64,000 nt of DNA from Stigonema sp. (GTDB lineage Bacteria; Cyanobacteriota; Cyanobacteriia; Cyanobacteriales; Nostocaceae): NCBI GenBank assembly GCA_965249805.1, contig CBDFMX010000002.1, positions 1,214,639 through 1,278,638 on the forward strand, read 5' to 3'. The notes under the pieces are model-generated. The model was not told the DNA's origin. It saw only the letters and a program-made list of their open reading frames with translations, and ran no database searches. This document shows positions 10,611 to 20,569 of the stretch, piece by piece. The first letter of the stretch is position 1; every line of letters starts with the position of its first letter. A program made the translations under genes and the position numbers.

Positions 10611-10755
10611 ATGGGTGGAAGGAACGTGCTTATGCTTGTTTTCATTTGTAAGTTCCGTTATACCACTCCTCACTCAGACAGCAATTACCGTTTTATACCA
10701 TTTAATAGCGATTTATCCTATTTCATGAGTCTCCCTAGTTGATAATGTCATCAAG

Positions 10756-11276
10756 GTGGTGGGGGTTGGCAGTGTTGGTACGCGTTGCATTGTCGCACTC
10801 CTGATGGCAGCGGATAATGAACCCCTATTTCTTCAAATCAAGGAAGCCCGTGCTTCTGTGCTGGAACCGTATGCTGAGAAAAGCATTTACCAGAACCAGG
10901 GTCAACGCGTGATTACGGGTCAACGAATTATGCAAGCAGCCAGCGATATTTTCCTTGGTTGGACACGCAGCGATCGCGAACATGACTTCTACGTTCGGCA
11001 ATTACGGGATATGAAGATGACCATTGACATTGAGGATATGTCTACAAACGATCTGATCGACTACTCAGAATTGTGTGGGTGGGCACTTGCGCGTGCCCAT
11101 GCTCGCGCTCTGGCGACCCAGTAACGATCAGTGGTTATCTCGGCAAAAGTGATGCTTTTGAACGGGCGATCGCAGACTTTGCCGTCGCTTATGCCGATCA
11201 GAACGAGCGCGATCGTCAAGCACTTGTGGCGGCGGTGAAATCCGGGCGAATCAAAGCAATAGAGTCAGAAAATTAG
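10756..11276 (+). pseudogene. DUF2252-family protein, 3' portion (resumes after IS607); a further frameshift near 11075-11125
   Basis: VVGVGSVGTRC...LFLQIKEA...SVLEPY...QRIMQAASDIFLGW...FYVRQLRDMK...CGWALARAHAR, then in another frame GDPVTISGYLGKSDAFERAIADFAVAYADQNERD. Both are conserved DUF2252 C-terminal blocks. Confidence 0.7.
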
Positions 11277-11277
11277 T

Positions 11278-11487
11278 ATGAAAACAAGCAACAACACGAT
11301 TAAACTTGACCAGTTTTTGAAGTTAATCGGTATAGCCCCAACTGGTGGGCAAGCCAAGCTGATGATTCAAGGAGGTGATGTACTCGTCAATGATACACTT
11401 GAAACCCGACGAGGACGACAATTAGTATTTGGCGATCGAGTGACGGTGGGAGGACAAACTTTTGAGGTTGATTTGAGCAATTTATGA
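11278..11487 (+). CDS. small S4-domain RNA-binding protein (YbcJ-like ribosome-associated protein)
   Basis: 69 aa. LDQFLKLIGIAPTGGQAKLMIQGGDVLVNDTLETRRGRQL matches the S4/YbcJ pattern. Confidence 0.65.
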   Translation: MKTSNNTIKLDQFLKLIGIAPTGGQAKLMIQGGDVLVNDTLETRRGRQLVFGDRVTVGGQTFEVDLSNL

Positions 11488-11614
11488 TAATAGTACACCG
11501 GAGCAGTTGAGTACTAACAGTTGGGTTAGATTGTCGCAGGTAAGGATCGTGATTCAAGCTAATAAAATATCATCTGAGATGGTACTTGTATCTCACCCAT
11601 CCCTACCCTGCTTC

Positions 11615-12037
11615 TCATAACTCATTAGCAATAATCAAATCCATCATCTCATTTTTATTTTTACGATAAAACCGAAAATCACTATCTAGCGTCAACACAC
11701 AACTTCCTACAATTAACTCACTCATCCTTACCAAACACCCATCCGCCAAGGACATTGGTACAGATTGATAACGAGTAATTAACTCCTCTATTCTTTCTGC
11801 TTCATCTTGAAGGTTAAAAGAAACTTCAATCACACCTTGACGAATCAAAGCAATTACAGTTTCTTGTCCCTTGTAGGTATTTTTTAACAAAAAACAAGCC
11901 TCACTGATAACTGCCTCACAGGTTAATAACGGAAGTTCAATATTTTTCCATTCAATTTTAGCCCAATTATGATATTGATCCTGACGTTTCAGATAAGACA
12001 CTAACGGTCCCGTATCCAGCAAAACCTTTTTTCTCAT
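11615..12037 (-). CDS. vapC: PIN-domain toxin (VapC-like) of a type II toxin-antitoxin pair
   Basis: 140 aa. N-terminal LLDTGPLVSYL (PIN acidic residue), further acidic residues in LADGCL and TLDSDF. A small upstream gene overlaps by spacing. Confidence 0.65.
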   Translation of the reverse strand: MRKKVLLDTGPLVSYLKRQDQYHNWAKIEWKNIELPLLTCEAVISEACFLLKNTYKGQETVIALIRQGVIEVSFNLQDEAERIEELITRYQSVPMSLADGCLVRMSELIVGSCVLTLDSDFRFYRKNKNEMMDLIIANEL

Positions 12038-12040
12038 TTA

Positions 12041-12346
12041 TTACCAATTTCCCTCCAAATACTTTTTATTAGTAGAAAGATCGGAAGGTCCACCATCTAA
12101 ACAGCCAGCAAACTCTTTTGCTGCTTCATCAGCTGAAATTGATTCTTTCTCCTCCGGCTGTACGTCCTGCTTTTGCGCCTTAAATTGCAAAAAATCAATA
12201 AAATCTAAGATCTCCTGCTGTTGTTGCCCAGTTAAGCCTTTGATTTTGTCTAAAATCGTTTGTTCCCGATCAATTGCTTGAGCCATTCTCCTATCCTCCT
12301 TAAAAAATAAATCTAAAATCGTACTTATAGAAAGCACCTCGGTCAA
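12041..12346 (-). CDS. cognate antitoxin (small, acidic C-terminus); probable true start at internal Met near 12286
   Basis: Small ORF 4 nt upstream of the PIN gene on the same strand, the typical VapB-VapC arrangement. No specific fold recognised. Confidence 0.45.
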   Translation of the reverse strand: MTEVLSISTILDLFFKEDRRMAQAIDREQTILDKIKGLTGQQQQEILDFIDFLQFKAQKQDVQPEEKESISADEAAKEFAGCLDGGPSDLSTNKKYLEGNW

Positions 12347-12947
12347 ATCCTTATCTGCCTATTCCCTCTGTTGTTTCGAGAAGTGCTAATGCCAAAATAT
12401 ACGTAATGTCACCGTCACGATTGAGCGCGGGCTTTTAGGCACTCAATAATAACTAGTTCTAAATATCCTAAAACAATCTGAGTCATTGTTTAACTCTCAG
12501 CTAATTGGTTAAAGATAGCAAATAAGCGCATCCAAGTGTGAGTATCAAGCAAATCATTCATTCCAGTTCTTTTTCTGTAGTTCTTTTTGGAGTTCTCGCT
12601 CCCTAGGTTCTACCATTCCTTTTCACAAGCAGGAGTGAACGTATAGTTTTAAAGTGTTTGATTTCATTACAAAACTTCATATAAGTCTAATGATTTCACT
12701 CCCCGCCATAAGTTGTCAGAAGTTACCCGCGCTCTTCGGAGGAGCCGGAAACTCAACATTCACAAGCACAGTCAGCGCAAATTGATTCACACAAGAAAAG
12801 CTTTTGGCTTTTAGTGGCGATCGCTTTTGGCTTTTCATATATTGATGAAATGAAGGGCAATAAGTTGGTATTTGTATAACTTAGGCAGAGAGTCAAGAAA
12901 TTAACATGAATAATTGTATAAGATCAAGATATAAATAAAAAAAATTA

Positions 12948-15317
12948 ATGTTAACAAACGCATCTCGGTATAATTTTTGTCATATGGTAAAGAGATCGCT
13001 ACAAGCGTCACCAGACGGAATTAAACAAGCGAAAAAAGCGTTTGCGCAAAAGGCTTGGACTCAAGAAAACCTAGCAGATTTAGTACACATTAGAACTCGC
13101 CAACCCATTTGGAGATTTTTCACAGGTCGTCCGATTGAGCGTTATACCTTTATAGAAATTTGCTCGGTTTTGGAACTGAATTGGCGGGAGATGGTGGAGA
13201 ATCTTGGAACAGAGGTAGCTCAAATCAAAGTTCAGGCTCCTAGCAGTGTCTTGGATATTGATACTTTGGTGCAGGAGGTGCGATCGCAACGCCAGGACGA
13301 AATTCAAGACCAGTGTGGCACATTGCAGCTATTAGATATTAGCCATCAAGTAAGCATAGACGACATTTACATTGATGTCAATATTCTGGAGGATATTGCC
13401 AGCTTTCAGTGGTTAGAAGTCTCTCATTTGCAAAACCTTGGTCCAGATGGATTTGAGCGCTTTGGCTTGGGTGAAGTTTCCCAGAAACAAATACCAGGTA
13501 AGACAGCAGTCGAAATCTATTCCAAGCTCAGGGTGCTGGGTAAACCAGGTGCCGGTAAAACCACCTTTTTGCAACATCTGGCCATTCTGTGCAACCGAGG
13601 TGAGTTGGCAGCAAACCGAGTTCCCATTTTTATCACCTTGAGAGAATATGCTGAAGACTCCAGAGATGCCGGCGATTTCAGCTTATTAAACTACATTCGC
13701 CGAGAATTTCTCTCGAATGGCATTTTAGACCCAGCCAAAATTGAGACACTGCTGCATGAGGGGAGAGTGTTGTTGTTGCTGGATGGGCTAGACGAACTTC
13801 TCAATCAAGATAGCAGTATTATCTTAAAGGAAATTCGCAAGTTTTCTAACAAGTATCACAAAAATTTGTTTGTGGCTACCTGTCGAACGTCAGCGGAAAA
13901 GTTCAAGCTCACGCGCTTTACTGACATCGAAATCGCCCCTTTTACCTCTGAACAAATCGCCGCCTTTGCCCAAAGGTGGTTCGTAGCATTGACTCTGACA
14001 AACGCTCAGGATGGGTTAGCTCAGTCAGTTGAGTTCATTGAGCAGATCAGTTCACCTAAAAACTGGCAATTCCGCAAACTCGCAGTTACCCCCCTGTTTC
14101 TTCATGTCGCCTGTTGGGTGTTCCATCGCCAAGAAAAATTTCCGATTAAACGAGCCGAATTTTATCAGCAATGTGTAAACCTTCTTTTAGGCAAGTGGGA
14201 TGAAGCCAAAGGGGTTGAGCGAGATGAAGTTTATCGCGGGTTTTTATTGCCACAAAAGATCAAGCTGCTGAGTCAGATTGCGGCTACGGCGTTTGAGCAG
14301 GGTCGTTACTTCTTTGAGGAACGCGTCGTTGAGCAATATATTGCCGACTATATCCGTGATTTGCCTGCTGCGCCTACCGACCCTGAAGAATTGTTTGTGG
14401 AAAGTGTTGCAGTGCTGAAGGCGATTGAAGCGCAACATGGGCTACTGGCGGAACGGGCGCGGGGAATTTTTTCTTTCTCCTACCTGGCGTTTCAAGAATA
14501 TTTCACTGCCAGAAAAATCGTTGCCAGTCACAATCTACAGGCATTAGAACAAGCCTTGTCACGACTGGTGAGTCACATCACCGAACCCCGGTGGCGCGAA
14601 GTATTTTTATTGACTGCTACCATGCTGCGGAGTGCAGACGCCTTGGTGCAGTTAATGAAGCAACAAATTGATGCGCTATTAGCCCAAGATAAATATCTGC
14701 AAGAGTTTTTAACCTGGGCAAGCCAAAAATCTTCTACCATTCCTGCCGAATCCAAAGAAGCTGTGGTTCGAGCCTTTTACCTTGCCCTCGATCGGACTCC
14801 TCACCTTGCGCCTCACTTTGCCCTTGCTTGCACCCTTGACCAAGGCATGTTTTTGGATGCGGCGCTGGATGACTTGGTGTTGTCATGTGCAGTTGGTAGC
14901 AGTTCCGACTTTGCCCATGCCCATGCCTGTGCCCATGCCCTCAGCAATGCCGTGGCAATTGTTCTGGATGTTGGATTACATCAATCCCTGCAACAACTCC
15001 AAGACCAACTTCCCGATCCCAATCAAGACAGAGAAAGGTTTCAGACCTGGTGGCAAGCCAACCATCCAGCTTGGGCTGAGCGGTTAAAGGCTGCGATTAC
15101 TGAGCATCGCCAGATTCACTATTACTGGGAATTTAGCCCAGAGCAGCAGCAAGTGCTGCAACGCTACTATGATGCCAACAAACTGCTCATAGATTGCTTG
15201 AATAGCAACTCGGAAGTGACAACCGCAGTCCGGCAGGAGATTGAAGCCTCTCTGTTGTTGCCCCAGAAGGAACTTGCGGAACGAGAATGGCAGTCCGGCA
15301 TCAGCACTAAGAATTAA
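12948..15317 (+). CDS. NACHT-family STAND NTPase with N-terminal HTH-like domain and C-terminal helical region
   Basis: Walker A LRVLGKPGAGKTTFLQHL, Walker B VLLLLDGLDEL, NACHT motif LAVTPLFLHVACW. N-terminal DGIKQAKKAF..WTQENLADLVHIRTRQPIWRFF resembles an XRE-like HTH. Confidence 0.75.
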   Translation: MLTNASRYNFCHMVKRSLQASPDGIKQAKKAFAQKAWTQENLADLVHIRTRQPIWRFFTGRPIERYTFIEICSVLELNWREMVENLGTEVAQIKVQAPSSVLDIDTLVQEVRSQRQDEIQDQCGTLQLLDISHQVSIDDIYIDVNILEDIASFQWLEVSHLQNLGPDGFERFGLGEVSQKQIPGKTAVEIYSKLRVLGKPGAGKTTFLQHLAILCNRGELAANRVPIFITLREYAEDSRDAGDFSLLNYIRREFLSNGILDPAKIETLLHEGRVLLLLDGLDELLNQDSSIILKEIRKFSNKYHKNLFVATCRTSAEKFKLTRFTDIEIAPFTSEQIAAFAQRWFVALTLTNAQDGLAQSVEFIEQISSPKNWQFRKLAVTPLFLHVACWVFHRQEKFPIKRAEFYQQCVNLLLGKWDEAKGVERDEVYRGFLLPQKIKLLSQIAATAFEQGRYFFEERVVEQYIADYIRDLPAAPTDPEELFVESVAVLKAIEAQHGLLAERARGIFSFSYLAFQEYFTARKIVASHNLQALEQALSRLVSHITEPRWREVFLLTATMLRSADALVQLMKQQIDALLAQDKYLQEFLTWASQKSSTIPAESKEAVVRAFYLALDRTPHLAPHFALACTLDQGMFLDAALDDLVLSCAVGSSSDFAHAHACAHALSNAVAIVLDVGLHQSLQQLQDQLPDPNQDRERFQTWWQANHPAWAERLKAAITEHRQIHYYWEFSPEQQQVLQRYYDANKLLIDCLNSNSEVTTAVRQEIEASLLLPQKELAEREWQSGISTKN

Positions 15318-17889
15318 TAACCTCGTGTAAGGTTTGCAATAATTCCTTGACTGTGTAGGGCTTGGACAAAAATGTTTGAACGCCTAAACGAGCAGTTTTT
15401 AAAATCTGCTCGTTTGATGGCAGCCCGCTCATAGCAATCAGCTTCACCTGCGGGTTCATTTTTTGCAACGTGCGGATGGTAGTTTGACCATCCATAGAGG
15501 GCATCATCATATCAATCAAAGCTACACTGATTTCCTGTCGATGCTCGGCATAAAGGGCTATTGCTTCAATTCCATCACTGGCGGTTAAGGTCTGATAGCC
15601 ATATGTTCCGAGTGATGTTTCAGTTGCCTCTCGGATTGCCGCTTCATCATCCACAATCAAAATCAGCTCTTCGTGACCCATGTGCAGTTCGAGGTCCACT
15701 GCTAGCTGTGCCTCCGCTTCTTCTGTGGCAGGCAGGTACACCTTAAATTGAGTTCCTTGTCCCACCTCGCTATACACGTTGACAAAACCATCGTGGCTCC
15801 TGACAATACCAATCACTGTTGAAAGACCTAACCCTGTGCCTTTACCAACCTCTTTAGTCGTGAAAAATGGCTCAAAAATTCTGTTGATAATTTCCCTGGA
15901 AATACCAGTCCCAGTATCCGTAACAGTAATGACAATGTAGGGACCCACTTGAGCATCAATATGATACTGCGTATAATTTGCATCAATTACTAGATTTTCG
16001 GCAGAAATCAGCAGTGTGCCGCCATTGGGCATGGCATCACGAGCGTTGACGCAGAGGTTGATGAGAACCTGATGCAGTTGGGTGGCATTACCAGAGACAG
16101 TCCACAGGTTTCGAGATACGTCGGTGAAGACTTCAATAGATTTTGGGAAGGTCTCCAATGCAATCACCTTAACTTCCTGGATCAGATTTCCGACTTGAAG
16201 CGTCATCCGCTTACCTTCGACTCCTCGTGCAAATGACAGCACTTGTTTGACCAAATTAGCTCCGCGTTTAGCGCTGTTTTCCAATATTTCCAATAGGCGC
16301 TGACTCTGCTGATCGGGAAGTTTCATCTTCAAGAGTTGTACTGACATCAGAATGGGTGCCAGCACGTTGTTCAGGTCATGGGAAATGCCGGAAGCAAGCG
16401 TGCCGAGGCTCTCCATCCGCTGGACACGCAGAAACTGGGCTTCGAGTTGTATCTTCTTTGTGATGTCGGTATTGACAACAAGGGTTGATTTTGATTGCCC
16501 TCGCTCATCGCGAACAAGTGTCCATCGGCTAGCGACGATAATCTCCAAGCCATCTTTTTGTACCTGACTTAACTCACCCTGCCACGAGCCACGCTCAGCA
16601 ACAATCTTTTGAATACCTTCCATCTGAGGCAAAGATTTTTTGAAAAGAAGATCCAAGGTATTTTTTCCCAGCACTTCCTCTGCTGACCAGCCATATAGTC
16701 GCTCAGCACCTTTGTTCCAGTATAAGATTTGGTTTGACTGATCTTGCACGAAAATTGCATCCGTTGTCACATCCAGCAGGGTTGCTTGTTCGCGTATTTT
16801 CGTTTCCGCTCGCTGGCGCTCTGCAAGTTCAGTTTGTACTTGCTCAAAGAGTGTGGATTGGTGGATGGCGATCGCTACCTGCGTTGCCAATTGCTTGAGC
16901 AAATCGATCTCCAATTGCTGCCACTGTCGTGGTGACGAACAATGGGTAGCCACGAGCAATCCCCACAATTCCCCTTGCAAAATTGGCACCACTAAAACAG
17001 CCTTGACTTGAAACTGAGCCAGAAAATCAACGTAACATTGAGTTAGTTCTCCTGCATAAATGTCCGCTGTGGCTTGGATACGACCTTCTTTGTAGAGATG
17101 GACATAACTTTGGGCAAACGTGGTGTCCTTGAGTTTGCTTCCTAAAATAGGTTTCCACTTCTTAGCTACGGATTCTACCACGACAACTCCACTCCAGTCA
17201 GGCTCGAAGCGGTAGATAAACACTCGCTCCACCTGAAGAAACTGCCGCACTTCAGATACTGTCGTGCTAAGAATCGAACTAAGACTAAGAGATTGACGGA
17301 TACGTTGAGCAATTTCGACCACCAGTCGTTCCCGCTCAGTTTGCTGTCGCAACTGCTCTGTTTTTCGTTCAGGCTCAGTCTTAATGTCTACAGTTTCAGC
17401 TAAATTACGCCGTAGCTCCAACTGCATCATCGCTTGGCGACTCAATGCCCATAATGCTTCTACTTGTTCCGGGCTGAGTTCCCTCGGTACATAGTCAATC
17501 ACACACAGCTTTCCTAGGGTGTGTCCGTTTGTTGCGATCAGTGGTATGCCAGCGAAAAACCGGATTTGGGGGTATTCGGTCACTAGTGAATTGGTAGCGA
17601 ATCGCTCGTCTGTCAGCACATCTGGGACAATCAAAGCGCCGGATTGCAAAATCGTCTGAGTACAAAACGCCACATCGCGCTTCGGTGCCTCGAATTCCAT
17701 TCTCAGTGGCATCTTGAACCACTGACGACACTCATCCACAAGGCTAACCAAGGCAACGGGGGTTTCACAAATTCGTGCAGCTAATCGTCTGAGGTCGTCG
17801 AATGCCGCTTCGGGTTCAATATCAAGAATCTGATGCTGGTGGAGGGCTTCTGTGCTAATTGCTTCATTATCCGGCAGTAGAGCTTTCAT
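15307..17889 (-). CDS. hybrid sensor histidine kinase (GAF-GAF-PAS-HisKA-HATPase-REC)
   Basis: H-box SHDLNNVLAPI, G-box DTGTGI / GTGLGLS. C-terminal receiver domain has IVDDE ... ALIDMMMP. The N-terminal GAF regions and a PAS-like segment precede the kinase core. Confidence 0.85.
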   Translation of the reverse strand: MKALLPDNEAISTEALHQHQILDIEPEAAFDDLRRLAARICETPVALVSLVDECRQWFKMPLRMEFEAPKRDVAFCTQTILQSGALIVPDVLTDERFATNSLVTEYPQIRFFAGIPLIATNGHTLGKLCVIDYVPRELSPEQVEALWALSRQAMMQLELRRNLAETVDIKTEPERKTEQLRQQTERERLVVEIAQRIRQSLSLSSILSTTVSEVRQFLQVERVFIYRFEPDWSGVVVVESVAKKWKPILGSKLKDTTFAQSYVHLYKEGRIQATADIYAGELTQCYVDFLAQFQVKAVLVVPILQGELWGLLVATHCSSPRQWQQLEIDLLKQLATQVAIAIHQSTLFEQVQTELAERQRAETKIREQATLLDVTTDAIFVQDQSNQILYWNKGAERLYGWSAEEVLGKNTLDLLFKKSLPQMEGIQKIVAERGSWQGELSQVQKDGLEIIVASRWTLVRDERGQSKSTLVVNTDITKKIQLEAQFLRVQRMESLGTLASGISHDLNNVLAPILMSVQLLKMKLPDQQSQRLLEILENSAKRGANLVKQVLSFARGVEGKRMTLQVGNLIQEVKVIALETFPKSIEVFTDVSRNLWTVSGNATQLHQVLINLCVNARDAMPNGGTLLISAENLVIDANYTQYHIDAQVGPYIVITVTDTGTGISREIINRIFEPFFTTKEVGKGTGLGLSTVIGIVRSHDGFVNVYSEVGQGTQFKVYLPATEEAEAQLAVDLELHMGHEELILIVDDEAAIREATETSLGTYGYQTLTASDGIEAIALYAEHRQEISVALIDMMMPSMDGQTTIRTLQKMNPQVKLIAMSGLPSNEQILKTARLGVQTFLSKPYTVKELLQTLHEVINS

Positions 17890-18249
17890 CAGGGTATAAA
17901 TAAAGTCCAGCTAAAATGGCGTTGCAAAAGTGAGAGTAGACGCCATACCCTTGTTGTATGCGGAAATCTTTGCTGATAGCAATCATTGGATACTTACTTT
18001 CTCTAGTGTCCTAGAAATTCCAATGTTTCAGTACGCTGTCGTACATAATCTCATAGTATCAGTGTTAACTTTTATAACAAGGCTGTTCTTTGTAACGATT
18101 TAAATGGTTTTTATACAACTCATAGAATTTATACAATTCAATCGCTGGCTTGCACATGATTCCAAATATTTTCATGTCAATTGCTTCGCTCAAATTAAAA
18201 ATTAAAAATTAAAAATGTGCCCTTTTTTGGAGAAAAAGTTCATGCAGTT

Positions 18250-18500
18250 TCTGTGTTGCTTTTTTCTGATTTCTAGACTGGAGGCAGAGCCTCCACCGAA
18301 TGGATTCCCAGCCCGGAGGCTGGGAACCAGTTAAAGGTCAAACCCTTGACGCGCACCGACCTTTCTCGTTTTCTCGTGACCACGCTCCTACTTGAATGCA
18401 TCTGTTTGAGGCTCTGCCTCCACTTTGAGGAGGCAGAGCCTCCCAGAACAGCGTTACTAGGCACAAGCTGAGTAACGAGAACGCCTGTATTTTCAGAGGT
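18250..18500. repeat. MITE-like repeat, family with GGAGGCAGAGCCTCC palindromes (copy 1 of 3)
   Basis: ctggaggcagagcctccaccg ... gaggaggcagagcctcccag ... gcgttactaggcacaagctgagtaacgagaa. Related copies at 20600-20830 and 51885-52030. Confidence 0.7.
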
Positions 18501-18554
18501 TACAGCTTAAGTTGACACGCATGTCCTGCTGTTCGCCCCTACTGAATCCGTGTT

Positions 18555-18884
18555 CTAAACATGGATTAATCCATTAGGCATTGTTGCTCCACTCAAATCT
18601 GCTCCACGCAGGTCTGCTTCATCCAGATTAGCTCCATATAGATCGGCGCCACGCAGTTTCGCACCGCATAGATTTGCACTACTGAGATTTGCTTCAACTA
18701 AGATCGCCCCACTCAAGGCGGCAAAACACAGGATGGCGCTGTTCAGGTTTGTCTTCAGCAGTTTGGCTCCACAGAGATCTACCCCACATAGGTCTACTCC
18801 ACTCAGGTTTAACCCACTCAGGTTTAACCCACTAAAATCTCTTTTTCCTACCGCATATTGTCGTTTCAGATTTGACGCATCCAT
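18555..18884 (-). CDS. pentapeptide-repeat protein
   Basis: Tandem A(D/N)LxG pentapeptides (NLSGLNLSGVDLCGVDLCGAKL ... ANLSSANLCGAKLRGADLYGANLDEADLRGADLSGA). Confidence 0.85.
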   Translation of the reverse strand: MDASNLKRQYAVGKRDFSGLNLSGLNLSGVDLCGVDLCGAKLLKTNLNSAILCFAALSGAILVEANLSSANLCGAKLRGADLYGANLDEADLRGADLSGATMPNGLIHV

Positions 18885-19245
18885 ATATATCTCTCTCTAT
18901 TAAAAATCTTAATAGATATGGTTAGTCTAGGAAATAAAAAAAGGGTTTGAGCTATGTTAGTGGCATACGACAAACCTTTACTCGCGTCCTGCAGTGTACT
19001 CGAGATGTTTCCAGTTAGAAGAGCGCTTGTCACACCTGACTAGGTCTGCTAAATTTTCCCAATCCTTCAGGGTAAGTACGGTGAGGTCGTATGTTTCCGG
19101 TGATGAGTGTTTGATAAATGCATCGAATCCCCATAGCCGCTCGTAGTTAAGAGTTTCGGCACTTTGCCAGCCAGTCTGCGAGCGAAAGTTTTTTGGGGGC
19201 AGTGGTTGCAGTTAGTACGCTTAAGTTCATGTTTATTCCTGACGC

Positions 19246-19512
19246 TTACTTAAAACTCTCTGCCAATTCATGCTGACAAACAGTTAGGTTATTTGGCTGA
19301 CACCACTTAATCTGGTTAGTTATTCCTTGGGCGCCCTCCTCTGCTAAATCCTCGATCCAGCCTCCTTGGGCTTCTTCAGCTTCTAGGTCACTTGCAAACG
19401 GACCAAAGTAATAGCTACAGTGAGGCTCAATAGTTGCAATTTCCACCCACCAAGCCAATTCCAACAACGGCTCAATAATCATTTCTGCTAACTTCATAAA
19501 GTTTCTCGACAA
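19246..19512 (-). CDS. DUF1816-family small protein
   Basis: WWVEIATIEPHCSYYFGPFASDLEAEEAQGGWIEDLAEEGAQGI matches the conserved DUF1816 core found in cyanobacteria. Confidence 0.55.
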   Translation of the reverse strand: MSRNFMKLAEMIIEPLLELAWWVEIATIEPHCSYYFGPFASDLEAEEAQGGWIEDLAEEGAQGITNQIKWCQPNNLTVCQHELAESFK

Positions 19513-19535
19513 TTTTTTTGAACCCAGCCTCAGCT

Positions 19536-19793
19536 TTATCTAAGTAGGGACAAGCGAGTATGGGGGAATCTCAGTGACTGTAATGATTTCTGAACTGGCA
19601 TTTCTTGGTAACAGTGACCACAACGCCAGTAAATTCCTCTCAAGCTTATATGACGGAGTAAAGTGCCTGAGCAGCAAAGACAAGTATTCCGAGGACTATT
19701 ACCAGTTGTAGGATAAGTCAGCACTTGGCTCGACCTAATTAATAAAGCTTCCATTTTCATTGCAGGATCAACAATGTGAGCCATATATGTCAC
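19536..19793 (-). CDS. small Cys-rich hypothetical protein (possible zinc ribbon: CLCC...CGHC)
   Basis: 85-aa ORF directly upstream of the DUF1816 gene and co-oriented with it. Four-Cys cluster. No family assigned. Confidence 0.35.
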   Translation of the reverse strand: MTYMAHIVDPAMKMEALLIRSSQVLTYPTTGNSPRNTCLCCSGTLLRHISLRGIYWRCGHCYQEMPVQKSLQSLRFPHTRLSLLR

Positions 19794-20099
19794 CTGAATT
19801 TAAATCTATCTACTAAAACAACTATCGCACCGAAATCACAATATTTTTAAAAACTTTTATGACTAGAAAGGACAAATCAAACAACTTATACTTTAGTTAG
19901 TAAATGCTATACATTTTTTATTACTCTAATCCTTAACTGTCACAATGGTCAAGAGGAAATTTGTACTTTTTTTGGCATATTTTCTCTGATCAAACAAAGC
20001 GTAAGCCGACCCACTATAACTTAGGCAAGGTTTAATGTTCTACCTCCTTTGAGTGATGAATCCAAACCTTTTAGCAGCGATAATATAATATATACGTTT

Positions 20100-20425
20100 A
20101 AATTTACCGATATTATATATAGCAGTCCTAAATGATTCGTGAAAGCAGAGAAACCCGGTTTCTTAAACAATACCTTCGCTCTTATTACCCTCACTCTAGA
20201 AGAGTGGGGCTATACAAACAAAGCCCACCTCCGTGGGCTGTAAGGATTCCAGACTCGCGTTGGTGGGCTTTGTACGTGTAGCCGAGCCAGCGCTGCAGGA
20301 GGGAAACCCTCCGTAGGCGACTGGCGTTCAGGCTTATAGCCTGTAAGGCTTTTCAGAAATTGGCGAAGGTATTGTTAAAGAAACCGGGTTTCTGAGGCTT
20401 GAGATTTTCACAAATGATTTAGGAT
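20100..20425. repeat. MITE with about 23-bp terminal inverted repeats (ATATATAGCAGTCCTAAATGATT ... AATCATTTAGGATTGCTATATAT) and internal GC-rich hairpins
   Basis: TIRs read directly from sequence. Internal hairpins cccacctccgtgggc and ggagggaaaccctccgtagg. Partial ends of the same family occur at 20572, 23270 and 29504. Confidence 0.65.
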
Positions 20426-20569
20426 TGCTATATATCTGTTACAAATACTGGAATCCAAATCTCTGATTTTGAACTCATCTTTTCAGAATTATGCTACCAC
20501 CAAGCTCAAATTGTCTCTGGTGGTAAAGGAATGAACACCATGACAACGGTTTCAAACAACGGTAACAAA

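Larger units (their letters stand above)
8440..10750 (+). mobile_element. IS607-family insertion sequence (tnpA serine recombinase plus tnpB) inserted into the DUF2252 gene; boundaries approximate
   Basis: The DUF2252 reading frame stops matching at about 8460 and resumes at about 10745 (DNVIKVVGVGSVGT). The interval holds the HTH/serine-recombinase tnpA and tnpB. No inverted repeats or target-site duplication are visible, as expected for IS607. Confidence 0.65.

Noticed and set aside
8440-10750. Target-site duplication or terminal inverted repeats for the IS607 element
   Set aside because: None found at the inferred junctions. This is consistent with IS607 biology, but it means the exact ends could not be fixed from this copy alone.
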